Positions 13,373 to 26,390 of a stretch of DNA of 64,000 nucleotides are shown here, in pieces. The notes under the pieces were generated by a model, which was not told the DNA's origin, did no database searches, and saw only the letters and a list, made by a program, of their open reading frames with translations. The translations under genes were made by a program, and so were the position numbers. The stretch's first letter is position 1. Each line of letters starts with the position of its first letter. The stretch covers positions 46,996,001 through 47,060,000 of the forward strand of contig NC_092352.1 in assembly GCF_963676685.1 (NCBI RefSeq), written 5' to 3'. The DNA is from Mytilus edulis (lineage: Eukaryota).

Positions 13373-15409
13373 ATGGCACAATGTCCAGTTGACACCTGTG
13401 AAATTTGTGTTCAAGCACCGGGCTCACAGTACTGTAAACAGTGTCGACAGTATTTCTGCTACAGCTGCAAGACTGCGCATCTAAGATTAAAGATTGCACG
13501 TAACCATGTATTTGGAAAAAGTTTCGAGATTGATCCAGAAGAAGAGTTAAACTTGTTGAAATGTAGTCATGTTGATAAACATGTGTTTATGTGTTTAGAT
13601 TGCGATTTTGCGTTGTGTAAGGGCTGTCTAGTCGAAAACCACAATGGCCATAACGTAGACGATGTGAATAAGATGTTTTCATCTTTCCATCACCAAGCAT
13701 CAACAACAATGAAGGGAATCTTAAGTGATTTCCGGCGTAAAAGCGATAGCATGAAATCATTGACAACATCTTATGAGAAAGAGAGTGAAGCGCTTGAGCG
13801 AGCAATTTTGAATCAAGGTGCAAAAATAAAGTCTAGTGTTGACAAAATGGTGAGCGGAACTATTGTTAACGTTATGAAATCTCGTGAAAACGTGAGAAAA
13901 CATTATCCTAAATGTTTTCAGGATGCAGTTTCAAGTAAATTTAAAACTTGGCTTCAGCAGTTAGCTGAAATTGAACAGAAAGAAGCAACCGAAAAATCTA
14001 TTCACGAAATTCAAAAACTGCACAACGACATGAAAGCAATGGAACTTCCAAACATGCCTGATGTCCCTACGGTTAAATATTGTGCCCAACCAGTCGACGA
14101 AAAAATAATCATGGGTTTACTAGGACGTATCAAATATTTGTAAGTAAAAAGTTATGATATCATAAGAAATAAACATCTCATATATAACTTGTGTTAGAGT
14201 GAACTAAATATGTATATAATCAGTCAGAGTAATGTAAGTCGGGGAAGTATCAAGCTATCAAGTGCATGTTTCCATCCTCTTACAATTCATGATTTTACAT
14301 TTTATCTTCAACTATCTAATATCTATATATATGACAAAATTGTTGGTTTACATTTTGTTGGTAAAATATGACAACAGCGATGCGTGTTTTTCTTATTTGT
14401 CAGGTTTTAATAAAACGATATAAGCCATTTGTTCTGTATGTTCGTTACGTTTTAGCTCATCATGTTCTAAAGCCAATATAAGAAGATGTCATCACTTACA
14501 CATAAAAAAAAATCGACACTACCAAATGATGACTGTTATGTATTTTGTGTATAGGAAAATATGCTAAGTAGATAGAGAAAAACTATAAAAAAAATATGTG
14601 TGGTCTTAGAGTTCAACAGTGTGAAGTATATAAAAGTTATTCTTTGTGATATATAAAAAAAAAAGGCGTTCTTTTATTCAAATATTTAAAAGAATGTTCA
14701 TCAACATTGATATCAAATAAACAAAACTGCATTTCCTTTTTAATATAAGCATATATCTACTATTTTTGGTATATGATTAAAAAAAGGTATTTTTAACATA
14801 TTCTGTTTACGAATATTCATATATAAAAAGAGAATGTTCTTTTTCATAGACCAAACATATCTATTATAAATGTTAATAGATTTTATGAAATTTACGAAAT
14901 TACGAAATTACAACAACCGTCAATGAATTTAAGTAAATACATTATTTTTGTGTTTCAGATCCTATTCCAATCCTATCCCAAAATATAAGGAGTTGATATT
15001 GTTACCCTGTGCGTCTGGGTATGGTTTCAAGTTCATCGGTGGGAAGGATGATGAAGATATTTACGTGTCCGAAGTTTTGCCCAATGGTTCCGCTGCTAAG
15101 GCAGGTCTTAAACAATTGGATAAAATAATCGCAGTGGATGGAAAACAAGTTAATGGCTTGTCTATCCAGGAAGCTGCAGAAATGTTTAAGGATGCGAAAG
15201 GCAACAACGGTGTGTCAATAATAATTGAGCCTTTTCACGTAGCAGATAATTCTTCCAATGGTTCTGCTGCTGTGACAGGTCTCCAAAATTTAGATAAAAC
15301 AATCGTTGAGAATGGAAAACAAGTTGAAAGCTCATCCCGTCATGAAGTTCAAGAAAGTTTTGAGAATGTTGAGGATGTGTCAATAAGAACTGAGCCTTTT
15401 GAGCAGTAG
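13373..15409 (+). CDS. Paralogous B-box/B-box/coiled-coil/PDZ protein with an extra partial PDZ (about 405 aa; exons 13373-14139, 14959-15409)
   Basis: Same architecture and the same phase-2 intron (GTAAGT at 14140; tttcag ending 14958). PDZ: GYGFKFIGG..GSAAKAGLKQLDKIIAVDG. Confidence 0.85.
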
Positions 15410-16652
15410 ATTAGTTGTATAAATGTTTTGTTATAACATTTTTTCCTTGACTGACTGGTCCCATTTATGTATTGGATATTTGTCACTGAAGGTTAAGAAA
15501 CAAACAATCATTTTGTGTCTTAACAATCTGATCATCTTTGCTAGCCAATGTTTATGATGCAGTATCCTACTCTTCATCTTTGGCAGATAAAGTTAAAATT
15601 CGGAACCACGAGGTATTCCTCTTGTAGCATTTCAACTTTCTGCATCCAATAAAAAAAGCCGTGAAAATGTTAAAACAAAATGCATATTATTCACGTAGTG
15701 TTTACCTCCAAAACATAGGACCATATTTAGTATCACTTTCAATGTTCTTACTCAATTTGATTAAAGTTCTTGTGGAAGTTCCTCATGCTATTGTTCAAAT
15801 GTAAACAAATGTTTGAGGTATCTTATTTTACATAGCCAAACTGAAAAGAGTTCAAGTGCTGCCATTGGTAAATAGGTTAATTTGATTTTGTTGGAGTGGT
15901 CCGGATTTCTATCAATCACCAGATGGTGCGACGCTGGATACACAATTCTATCTTAACCCATCAATGACAAAGAGTAGGTAGAATGGATCGTAACACTTGG
16001 CTTTCGAAAAATTAGATCTAATAAGATTTATGAATTACATCAAAGTCTGCAAATATTGTATGAAAAATATTGCTATAAGTAGTTTCGACATTTGTAAAAT
16101 AGAAAAGCAAGAAATCTCCAAAACGGCCTTGTAATTTTTTTCTTATTTTCAAACTTATTTAAGTGAATCTAATGGGTATACATTGCTAAATGTATGAAAT
16201 TAAGAGTATTAAACAAAATTTGTATTTCTGCTAAGTATTTATAAATCGATCCCCCTGAAATAGTAATAGATTCAGTTTTCGTACATTTTTCTAGAAACTT
16301 GTCAATTTTTTCACCTTTTTTATGATGTAGTATGTGACGCCACCCCATCGATCATTGAAATTTTTATCGAAGAGTAAAGACAATTGTATCCAAATATCAT
16401 TTCCATAGAAATGTATGTGGTCGAAGGGTGGTATCACTGTCGTTTGTTTTCAGAAAACTATCATGGCAGAACTCTGCAGCAAAATCAGGATTTAACGAAT
16501 ATCCCTTTATTATGACGTCTTCATGATGTAAGTAATGAAAATATGTTTTTTAATGAAACAATTAGATATTTTTACCTATGTTTTATTCAAGTTTTCACTA
16601 CAACATCTCAGTGAAAGTTTCCGAATATAAGGGCCAAAATTATGAGTTAGTG

Positions 16653-16949
16653 AAAAGTAAAATCACAAAAATACTGAACTCAGAGGAAAATCAATTCGGA
16701 AAGTCCATAATCACATGGCAAAATCAAATAACAAAACGCATCAAAAACGAATGGACAAGAACTGTCATATTCCTGACTTGGTACAGGCATTTTCAAATGT
16801 AGAAAATGGTGGATTGAACCTGGCTTTATAGCTAGCTAAACCTCTCACTTGTATGACATTCGCATCAAATTCCATTATATAGTCACCGATGCGTGAACAA
16901 AACAAACAGACATAATAGGTAAAAATGTCAAAAATAGGGGTACAGCAGT
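16653..16949 (+). repeat. Interspersed repeat (host of the hAT insertion; continues at 18198-18240)
   Basis: aaaagtaaaatcacaaaaatactgaactc...cctgacttggtacaggcatttt. Reverse copies lie at 18837-19039 and about 38230-38545. Confidence 0.75.
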
Positions 16950-18192
16950 CAGTGGCGGATCCAGGGGGTGGTCCCACGGCGCACCGGACCACCCCCATGA
17001 CGAACCTCAAATTTTTTTAAAGTGTCTATTTTTTCAATAACTAGCTAATTAACAAATTAATACTTAAGATTAATCCTTTCGTCGCACTAATTGGTTATGG
17101 ATTACCTGGATACCTAGAGATGTCACAATGATAGAATACGGATCAATGCGTTTCACCTGTATACATCTAATTAAATTGTCAAAACAGCTCGTCAATATGA
17201 AGAAGTTGACTTCTTATTTTGAAAGGTACAGAAAAATACAAATTATTTTTTTTTATTTTTAAGTGAAATTTCTATATATAATTGCATTGTCCAACTAACG
17301 GAGTCTCGGTTTTAAATTTCATTTATGTACATTTTGAAAAAAAAAAAACATTATGAATGAATTAAATTTGTTTATCTATCTCTGTGAGCCCCACCCCTTT
17401 CCCCCAAAATCAACAGCAATTCAAGCACTGAAGTTGGTACCGGCATTTGTACAAAGCGCAACATTTGATGAAATTAAACATTTTGTAGACTTTAACCATA
17501 CTGATTTGCCGAGTCCATCTGCAATGCCGTCCGAACTGCGTTTGTGGCAAAAGACTTGCGAGTCAATGCTTTCAAAACCAGAAACTGTAGCCGGTGCTCT
17601 AAAAGTATGTTCCAAAACAGACTTTCCAAATATTTCTGTTATCTTAAAAATCATAGCTACCATGGGGGTGACGAGTTGCGAATGTGAGCGATCCAATAGT
17701 GAGTTATCACTTTTAAAAACCTACATGAGAACAACTATGGGACAATCGCGTTTAAACGGACTTGCGTTGATGCATGTGCACTACAGTTTGGAACTAAACA
17801 TAAAACAAATTATAGATAACTTTGCAAGGAAACACCCGCGACGCATGATGTTGAATGACCTGATAAACGACTCTTTGTTAAATTAGTAAATTTTGAACAA
17901 TTTTACGTAGAACTATTTTTACCGATTCGGAACATTTTAGCTAAACTTTTTTTACAGCTTGCCTAATTCAGATGACAGTTGCATGTATGTTGTGCTATTT
18001 TAGATTGCAATATATTGTCTATATATATAAGCGTCTTAAATAAAAATCAGTTTTACATGTCTTTAAATTCCTTTACCTAGGAATATGTGCATTGTATGGT
18101 GTTATCCAAATTCATGATCTTCCATAATGTCGAACATACCATTCAATATTTATTTGGGACCATCCCCAATTATTTTTCTGGATCCGCCACTG
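16950..18192 (+). mobile_element. Internally deleted hAT-superfamily DNA transposon with 15-bp TIRs and 5-bp TSD
   Basis: TIR CAGTGGCGGATCCAG (16950) / CTGGATCCGCCACTG (ends 18192); GCAGT on both flanks. Internal ORF encodes a hAT C-terminal dimerisation domain. Confidence 0.9.
17353..17886 (+). pseudogene. C-terminal fragment of a hAT transposase (PRKRIR/THAP12-like dimerisation domain)
   Basis: FPNISVILKIIATMGVTSCECERSNSELSLLKTYMRTTMGQSRLNGLALMHVH..IIDNFARKHPRRM; the N-terminal part of the transposase is missing. Confidence 0.85.
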
Positions 18193-18396
18193 GCAGTCAA
18201 CATTGTGTTATCATCTTAATCACTATAAAAACAACAAATGTAACGAAGAAGCACAAAAAGGCATACATCAAATTAACATCCTCATTTTGATTATATTATA
18301 CGATTATATTTGTCTATGTAAAATGCACCCATCAAGGAAGGAGGGTATGGGTACTGGTGTAAAATTGCGCGTTTGAAATTCGCACAGGTAGACATG

Positions 18397-18780
18397 AAAT
18401 AATTTTGTCGTTCAAAGTATGACGGGATGCATAAATACAGTCACGCAAAATAGATATAACAAACACTGACTTAGCAGTTAAAGTAATAATAATAAATATA
18501 AAATAATAGTGTGGTTCAAAGTATGACGTGATACATAAGTACAGAGTCACGTAAAATGTATATCACAAAAAAAGTTGGTTAACAGTAAAAGTAATATTAA
18601 TGAATAAAATAATTTTGTCATTCAAAGTATGACAAGATACATAGGTACAGATTCACATCATAAAATAATTTTGTCATTCAAAGTATGACAAGATACATAG
18701 GTACAGAGTCACATCATAAAATAATTTTGTCGTTCAAAGTATGATGGGATGCATAAGCACAGAGTTACGTCAAAAGGATA
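18397..18780 (+). repeat. Degenerate tandem array (two ~105-bp and three ~56-bp units)
   Basis: Five copies of aaataat(t/a)..gt..ttcaaagtatga..gat.cata..tacaga.tcac. Confidence 0.75.
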
Positions 18781-18836
18781 TCTCAAAAAAACCAACTCCT
18801 TTGGTGTTTTATTTAGCTGATATGAATCTTTTTTAT

Positions 18837-19039
18837 AAATTTGATGCAACTGTCGTACAAGTGAGAGGTTTAGCGCTATAAAACCATTTTCTACATTTTA
18901 AAATGCCTGTACTTAGTCAGGAATATGACAGTTGTTTTCCATTCTTTTGATGTGTTTTGTCATTTGAATTTGCCATTTGATTTGTCACTTTTCGTTTTGA
19001 GTTCTCCTCGGAGTTCAGTATTTTTGTGATTTTACTTTT
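18837..19039 (-). repeat. Inverted copy of the 16653 repeat family
   Basis: Reverse complement matches about 16653-16870. Confidence 0.75.
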
Positions 19040-22000
19040 GTCATTTATCAACGTCCGTCATTTTTCTGTCATCTTTTACAAAAGTTTCCTATGAATTTAT
19101 GTGGGAAAATGCAACCAAACAAAATGATCATCGGATTATCTGATTTAATTTAAAATTTGTGGTGTCAAAAAAATAGTCACCAACAAGTTTGAATATACAA
19201 AAAAATCAAAGTGCAACATATGGCTTTTAAATGTTGACAACCGTTGTAGATAGAACATTTAACATAATATGAATGTTCAAAGTATCAATCCTACGTCCTA
19301 CTTGGTTGACAAACCTATCTAACGATTCCTTATCTAATTGACCTTAAATGACAATTAAACCAATATAGCCTTTCTTGTTTTATCATGAAAAATTAAAGAT
19401 TGAATGAAATTTGTGTTTATTGCTGTGTTTATCGTGAATAAAAACTATCAAAAGTCTATTTTCCGAAAACATTGAACTGATTAAAAGCTTATTTTACTTC
19501 TTTACGTTGCTCTTACTTGCCCAAGTACCAGGATGTTCATAAACAGAGTAAGTAACCTTTCGACAAGATGTGAACTTCGGAGTCAAAATAAAATTAAGAA
19601 TTGAAATAGGGAATATATCAAAGAGACAACATTCCGACCAAAATACAGAAAACAGCCTATGGCCACCAATGTGTCCTCAACACAGTGAGATATCCTGCAA
19701 CTGGAGTCCATTGTCGATCAATTCCTTAGTTGTACCCCTTACATCACTATTACCTTTTTTTTTCTTATACCCTGAAAACTGCAAAAGAAAGAAAAAAAAC
19801 TGTTCCCCTAACTTGATCACAAAGACAAGATTCTGAGAACACACATATATCAATTCTTCACAAATAATAATGTTGCATTTTATCAGTGTAATGTAAAAAT
19901 ACAAGGTAAGTAATATAGTTTATGTGGAGCTTCTAGTTAAGTTCTGTGAAAAATGTTAGACTTTATAGCTTATATGAAAATCTTAAGGAGAGACATTTTA
20001 ATACATTCCTTTTTTAGTGTATTTATCATTTTATTTAACAAATTTTCAGTTTCAGTATAAAATTCTTAAAAGGTAAGTTTGTAAAGATAGAAGAAAATTG
20101 TTTTATGCACTATATTCTTGCGGCAAAATTGTATTTTCCTTATTTGGAGTTGTACATTGACAGTAAAAAAAGTATACGGAATAAAATTATAAATATTAGC
20201 TGGTTTCTGTGTTTTACGATCCAAATGCATACATTAAAACATCAGTTTCATAGATGAAGAGTATCTATCTGATGTTGAAAAGTTGTCCAGATTATTCTTT
20301 AATTAAAGAATCCCAATGCATTATGAAGTTAAACATACTTAATATTTCTACTGTCATCTTCTTCTTCGAGTGTACTAGCTTAGAATACTCGAAAAATGTT
20401 TGTTCACAACTTTGTCTGCTGGTTAAAATAGAAGACACTGCTATAAATTACTGTCTCAAAGTGACTCATTTCTAGTCTTGATTGGTTTTTGATGCTACAC
20501 GTCCAATTCCAATATTATATTGGATTTAACATTACAAGAACAAATATGTGAAAAACAACTGACTAGTTTACCTTTCCGTTAATATTTGTACATCACCCTT
20601 TTATACTATTAACTTTTTCCTATCAATTTTTGATAAAACTTGTAGTATGTTCACGTTAATTAATACAGATAATTAAGAAGTTATGGTATCAGTGCCAGGA
20701 TACCTCTCCATCAAAGTCAAAATGTATGAAAAGTAAACAATCATAGGTCAAAGGACAGCCTTAAACAGGAAGCCTTCGCTCATACTGTCAAAGCTTTTAA
20801 ATGGCTGATAACACATGCTGTATTGTTAAGAAAAAAACAAATGCTGCCCTCAATTCACACGCGGAATGGATGTAAAAAAAATACAACAATATACAAAAAT
20901 GAAGGATGCCCTTTCAGCAAGTACTTTTAGTAATACCAACACTTAAATTAACACAAAGATAGAAAAAGAATAAGTGCATGCTTGTCTACACATGAAGTGT
21001 GACTAATCTTAATAAACAATGAGTGTATTTATTGTCATACGAGATTTGAGGTCAGTTATTTTTGAAAATATGAATTCCCTTTTCCTATAAATAACTAACT
21101 TAATTAGAATAACTGAAAATAACGACCAGGCTATTACAACACTGGTATAACTTCAGTTCATAAATGATAAAGAATGACGGTATTGAGTACCTATGAATTT
21201 AGCACACTCAACAATTAAAACATCTAATTAAATTCAAATTCAAATATTTGCCAAAAGAAAATTGAAATTTTGGTTGAGGAAAAAATGTATCAATCTTATG
21301 ACATATATCTATATCTAAATATGGGTATAATATGTAAAAGTTAAAGGTTTAAATATAAATGCGTTTGAAACTCTGAATTATTGATCAATTTAAACAGTAT
21401 CGTCGTCTTCCTGGAACCTAAATGTTCCTTATGGTTATAAATAACAAATGGAAATCACCTAGATATATAAATAGATTAACTATACTAGGTTGCACATCTA
21501 CTCCTGACCAGGTAATTAATACGGTAAGATATATTTTTACCTACTATCTATTTCACTACCGTATTTATTTTTCCACGAAGCGTGCGTTAAATTAAATCTG
21601 TCGAGCTTTTTGTCGTGAAGGAAGGATTTTTCAAAACTATACGAACCACTGCAAGGTATGTCGTCGTCTCTGGGGACGTCGTTTTCAATTTTGTAATATT
21701 TTATAGTTTTTACATCAGGCAACACTTTCAATCGAATTTTGTTCTTCGAACTGTACAGAACTTTATTTGGAACATAGTAGGACTAGCTAATGACAAATAC
21801 ATGTGCTTTATTTCAAATTGTCATGCCTACACATCTATTTCGTCTTAGTCATTAAAAACCACGTGTTTCACTTTGTTTAATCATTTTTGAAACAGTCGTC
21901 ATTGAAGGAGAACGAATAAAGTTAGTATTATAATTCTTGTTTTTAAACTTAAATATTTTAAGTTTTGTTTTTAATTTAATATTACTTATCTTCCTGTTTT

Positions 22001-22337
22001 ATTTTTTTTATTCCTATTTTTATTATTAATGTAATAAATTATGAATTTTCATTATATTTATTCATTATACATGTTATAATTATCATAATTATGTTTGTTT
22101 ATATCTGGATTTATAATAGCAACAAATTAAAAGATTAAAACCGATGTTATACCAATTTGCCTTATCTTAGATCATAGCCCAAATATTTGTTCTGAATTGT
22201 TTAATTATAAACTTCCTTTTCCGGGAAGGTTCATAATATGCAAATAACTATAATCAGCAGATGAAATAATCACAATTATAATTTTTTATCATTAACAGCT
22301 GATGATATTTTTTGTTATTAATTTCAGATCTTCAAAT

Positions 22338-24254
22338 ATGAAAATGGAAAGTGAAACAACGTCATTTCGTTTACCTTCTGATGCTTTTACCTTTGGCACA
22401 GATCTTTATAGTTTATCTTTGGAAGCTGTGGAGAAAGAATCCCTGCTACCTTTATTAAAGGATGAACTACGCTGTAAAATACAGAACAAACGACTTTCTC
22501 AAGGAATGGAAGAACTGAAAATAGATTTTAAAATGAAGCCGCCAGCACCTGTAAGTCGAAAAGATATATCAAAAACTTCGTTGTTATCTTGATATCCCTA
22601 CATGGTTTCGTATACATGTAAGGATAGGTGTTTAGAAACTAGTACAATTTTTATAAACAGTTTGAACTCGAAACATCTACATTTATATAAATAACTAAGC
22701 AACAAATATCTAGAATATATCAAAAAATGTAGAATAATAAGACAATTTCTTTTAAATTGATTTGAACTGCTTATCCCATACCTTTCGTAAGATTTCAAAC
22801 ATTTTTACAATAATTGCGTCATTTCCTTTTTATGTTCATATTTCTATTCAAAGTGTCTTTTATACATACGAAAAATCATATATTTTATTAAACAAATGAA
22901 AACAACAAATTTTTTTTTCAAATTTGTTTGGAAATAATATATGTTAACAATTGTAATGCATTTGATATTACAGCTGACAGCTGAAGAAATACAAAAACAA
23001 GAGAACAGAAAACTTCTTAACAGGGAATCAGCCAAGAAATGTCGAAGGAAGAAAAAGACAGTTTATCAAAACGTACAGCAGGTAATGTGCCTATCCATAT
23101 AAAAGTGTTCTGATAGACTTACAAGTAAAACAAAGACATATTTTATTGCCTTAAGGATGTCCGCTACTCTGTTCAAAAATAACAAGCTTATTAAAAGACT
23201 GTTATAAATTGATAGTATATAAATAAAGAAACTAAAAAAGCAGAAAAAAATGGAGGGTCTGTGAGCTTGTTTTCAAAATATAAATCATTGAAAATTTGGC
23301 GGGAAATAATTCTCTCTAGATTTTCTTTGACTTAACATTGGCAACTTTTTTGTTTAAAAAATTATGAAAAAATAACAAGGATTTCATAAGATTTGGGAAT
23401 ATGCCTTTTTAAACAATATGTTATAAAAATAAGAAAAGAAAAGTAGGCTAGTGGGCAATTTTTTAAAATGTTAATATACAGATGAAACCAGAGGATTCCG
23501 AAAATCTGACAAAAATTCAAAAAATAAAGGAGCAAACATCCTTAACTATTACTGAAATTAATAAACATAACGCTCAATAACAATAGCATAACAGCAAACA
23601 CAAAGGAAGGGTGTAACAAGGTTAAGCTTTTGAAATTACATTATGGCAATGACTTGTCTTAGGGTTGTTTTGAATGGCGTGCAAAAGAGTGCCGGAACTA
23701 ACACAAGATATTGTATCGTAATTGAATTACTTGAAACACAGATCAATAAACAAGTCAGTGAATTTCTAATCGCCGTGATAACGCATTTTTTGTGTCAGAT
23801 TATTTTTAGATAAATATGAACGATACTACTCAACGTTATATTGGATGAGTTCAAAATTCTAAAAGAAATTGAAACCATGTCGGGATGGGTACCTAAAAAT
23901 ATTCCATAACAATTACATCGGGTATATAGTGTACTGAAGCTTGCTTATGTTATGATTTTTTTAATGAGTACAATAATCAAATAACACAGATAGACGACAA
24001 AAGATTTGTTGATAAAAAAAGTTACAGGAACATTAAAATCATATCTATTTTTATTTTTTCAGGAATTGAAATCATTGATAGATGAAAATAGACATTTAAA
24101 AGAACGAATTTGTTGCATTGAAACAGAAAAGGAGTTTTTCTTGTCAAACATTCTAAGACATCCAGTGATATCTGAAGTGTTATCAGACTTTTCTAAATCA
24201 TTTGACAACAATTTGACTGAAATCAAAAATGAGATTATTTATGTACAGAACTGA
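22338..24254 (+). CDS. ATF3/JDP2/Fos-type bZIP transcription factor A (about 170 aa; exons 22338-22550, 22974-23081, 24063-24254)
   Basis: ATF3-like N-terminal motif LLPLLKDELRCKIQNKRL (human ATF3 as recalled: LTPFVKEELRFAIQNKHL). 108-bp phase-0 basic exon LTAEEIQKQENRKLLNRESAKKCRRKKKTVYQNVQQ. Zipper exon with canonical GT/AG. Confidence 0.9.
23155..23541. mobile_element. Kolobok-like MITE in bZIP A intron
   Basis: TTAA on both sides (23151-23154, 23542-23545); imperfect TIR ggatgtccgct / agcaaacatcc. Confidence 0.7.
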
Positions 24255-24560
24255 TAAAGTGGATATTCAAGAGTTGAACCCTAAGGGCTTTCATGGAGGA
24301 ATATTCATATTTTCAGACAAATAATTCAGGGGAAAATCATGAAATGTGATTACTATTTGTGTTTTGTATTTATTTATCGCATTCGTGAAATAATTGAATG
24401 ATCTATGCAGCTTATTGTTATTATTTTTAACACTGAAAATCTATAGAAATCAAACATTTTCCAAAGTGTGTAGATGTTTTCTTTTTCATGCACTATTCCA
24501 AAGACATCTGCTTTAATATTAGTTCAAATAAAAACTGCTGAAAAATTGATTAGTACAAGC

Positions 24561-24832
24561 CAATTACAAGATGTAGGCGCTTTAACTGAAAGATTGATAT
24601 GAGCGCACTTTGGATCATGTTTTTTATGGAAGATCTCTGAATATAGTTTTGTGTGTTTTTTCATAAATATGGTTGTTTTAAACAGAATGATGTCAATTAC
24701 AAGATGTAGGCGCTTTAACTGAAAGATTGATCTGACCGAACTTTGGATCATGTTTTTTTATGGAAGATCTCTGAATATAGTTTTGTATATGTTTTACATA
24801 AATATGGTTGTTTTAAACAGAGTGATGTCAAT
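24561..24832 (+). repeat. Direct tandem duplication (133-bp period) downstream of bZIP A
   Basis: caattacaagatgtaggcgctttaactgaaagattgat at 24561 and 24694. Confidence 0.85.
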
Positions 24833-26119
24833 CAAATTATGAATTTGTTCTGTTTTGAATAGCATATTCTTTTATGATATGTTTAGTAAAAGTTTGTTAA
24901 GATTTACTATTGGTTATAAGATGAAGCATATTATTGTTTGAATACATTAAAATGTAATGCAATAGTCAGAATATTTATTCATTATGTATTATGTGTATAT
25001 CATTAATTTTGATAATCAGGACATCAATATATCCGTTAAATGTAAATATAGTGTCAACACTTATTGCTTTATCAATAAGTGATCTATTTTTAGCATAAAA
25101 AATCCAATATCTAATTATATCATTTGTCTATTGTATTTTTTACAACCGAATATGCCATAGTATGGTTTATTAAATCTTTCAATTTTATCAAAGACTTTAT
25201 CGCTGTTTAAAAATGTGTCACTATTTTGTTAACGCTAGAATAAATTTTACATTCCACATGTTCCAATCAATTACTCATTGATAATCAGTACTCAATACTG
25301 TAGTTACTCAGACAATGGTATTATTCATCATTAGGTAAGCCTACGAAATTATATATTTCATACTTTTATCAGTAATGCAAAAATAACTGACAGGTAAGCG
25401 AAGCTTTATTATGAATGTCCGAAATAATTTGTAAATGTTATTAGCACAGCTTAATTATAGATGGTCATAGATATCCGAAATGATTTGTAAATGTTATGTT
25501 CTGTGTTAAATAAAATTAAAAGTTAAAAACAAATTTATTTCATTATTTATTATAATCACAACTATATAAACTCAACATTGTGTGTGATCAAATTGAACGT
25601 TTGCATTCTTTCTTTAAATATTTTTTTTGTGGGTTGACGGAGGAAATATAATGGATAGATGTTGACGCAACGAATTTTAAGGTTTACACTGTTAAAAATA
25701 GTTTCGATAACTTCTATTTTAAATAAGTAGTAAGGCAGGAATCCGCTATTGTATTTGGATTAAATATGGGATAGTGTTGAATGTGTATGATATGTACGCA
25801 ATGAACACTGTAACATTCAGTCTATACTTTAAACTTATATATAAATGATTCTTAATTTAAATGCTATGTATAAAAAATAACCTATTATTACATGACCAAT
25901 GGATAACAAATAGCAATTGTAATGTTACAATGTTGTCGGTTTCAAGAAATTTGAATTACACAAAGGTTTGAAAATGTAGGCGAAAGATTTCAAAATTGAT
26001 GTCCAAACTTACTAGTTGAAAATAAACTGACAATGCCGAGTAAAACGAAAACGACAAACAAAAGTTCACGAAACACATCAAAGAAAACTAAACACTACGA
26101 CCCACAAATGCCACTATAA

Positions 26120-26390
26120 GAGGGGCGAACGATACAAGTGGGACATTCAATTTCATAAATCGAAAATAAACTGACAACGCAATGGTTAAAACAAATAAAA
26201 CAGACAAAGAATTGTACACAAACGAAAACATACAAAAATAAACACCCCGCAACACGAACCCCGACAAAAAATTAGGTGATCTCTGGTGCTCCGGAAGGGA
26301 AAGCAGATCCTGCTCCACATGTGACACCCGTCGTGTTACTCATGTTGATATAAACCATGTCATAAGTCTTATTCGGTAGGTCACACTAAA
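26120..26390 (-). repeat. Interspersed SINE/PLE-associated repeat (opposite-orientation copy at about 43340-43570)
   Basis: ggtgatctctggtgctccggaagggaaagcagatcctgctccacatg matches the reverse of ggatctgcttacccttctagagcacttgagatcacc at about 43374. Shared part also seen at 41900-41985 and 3845-3930. Confidence 0.65.
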
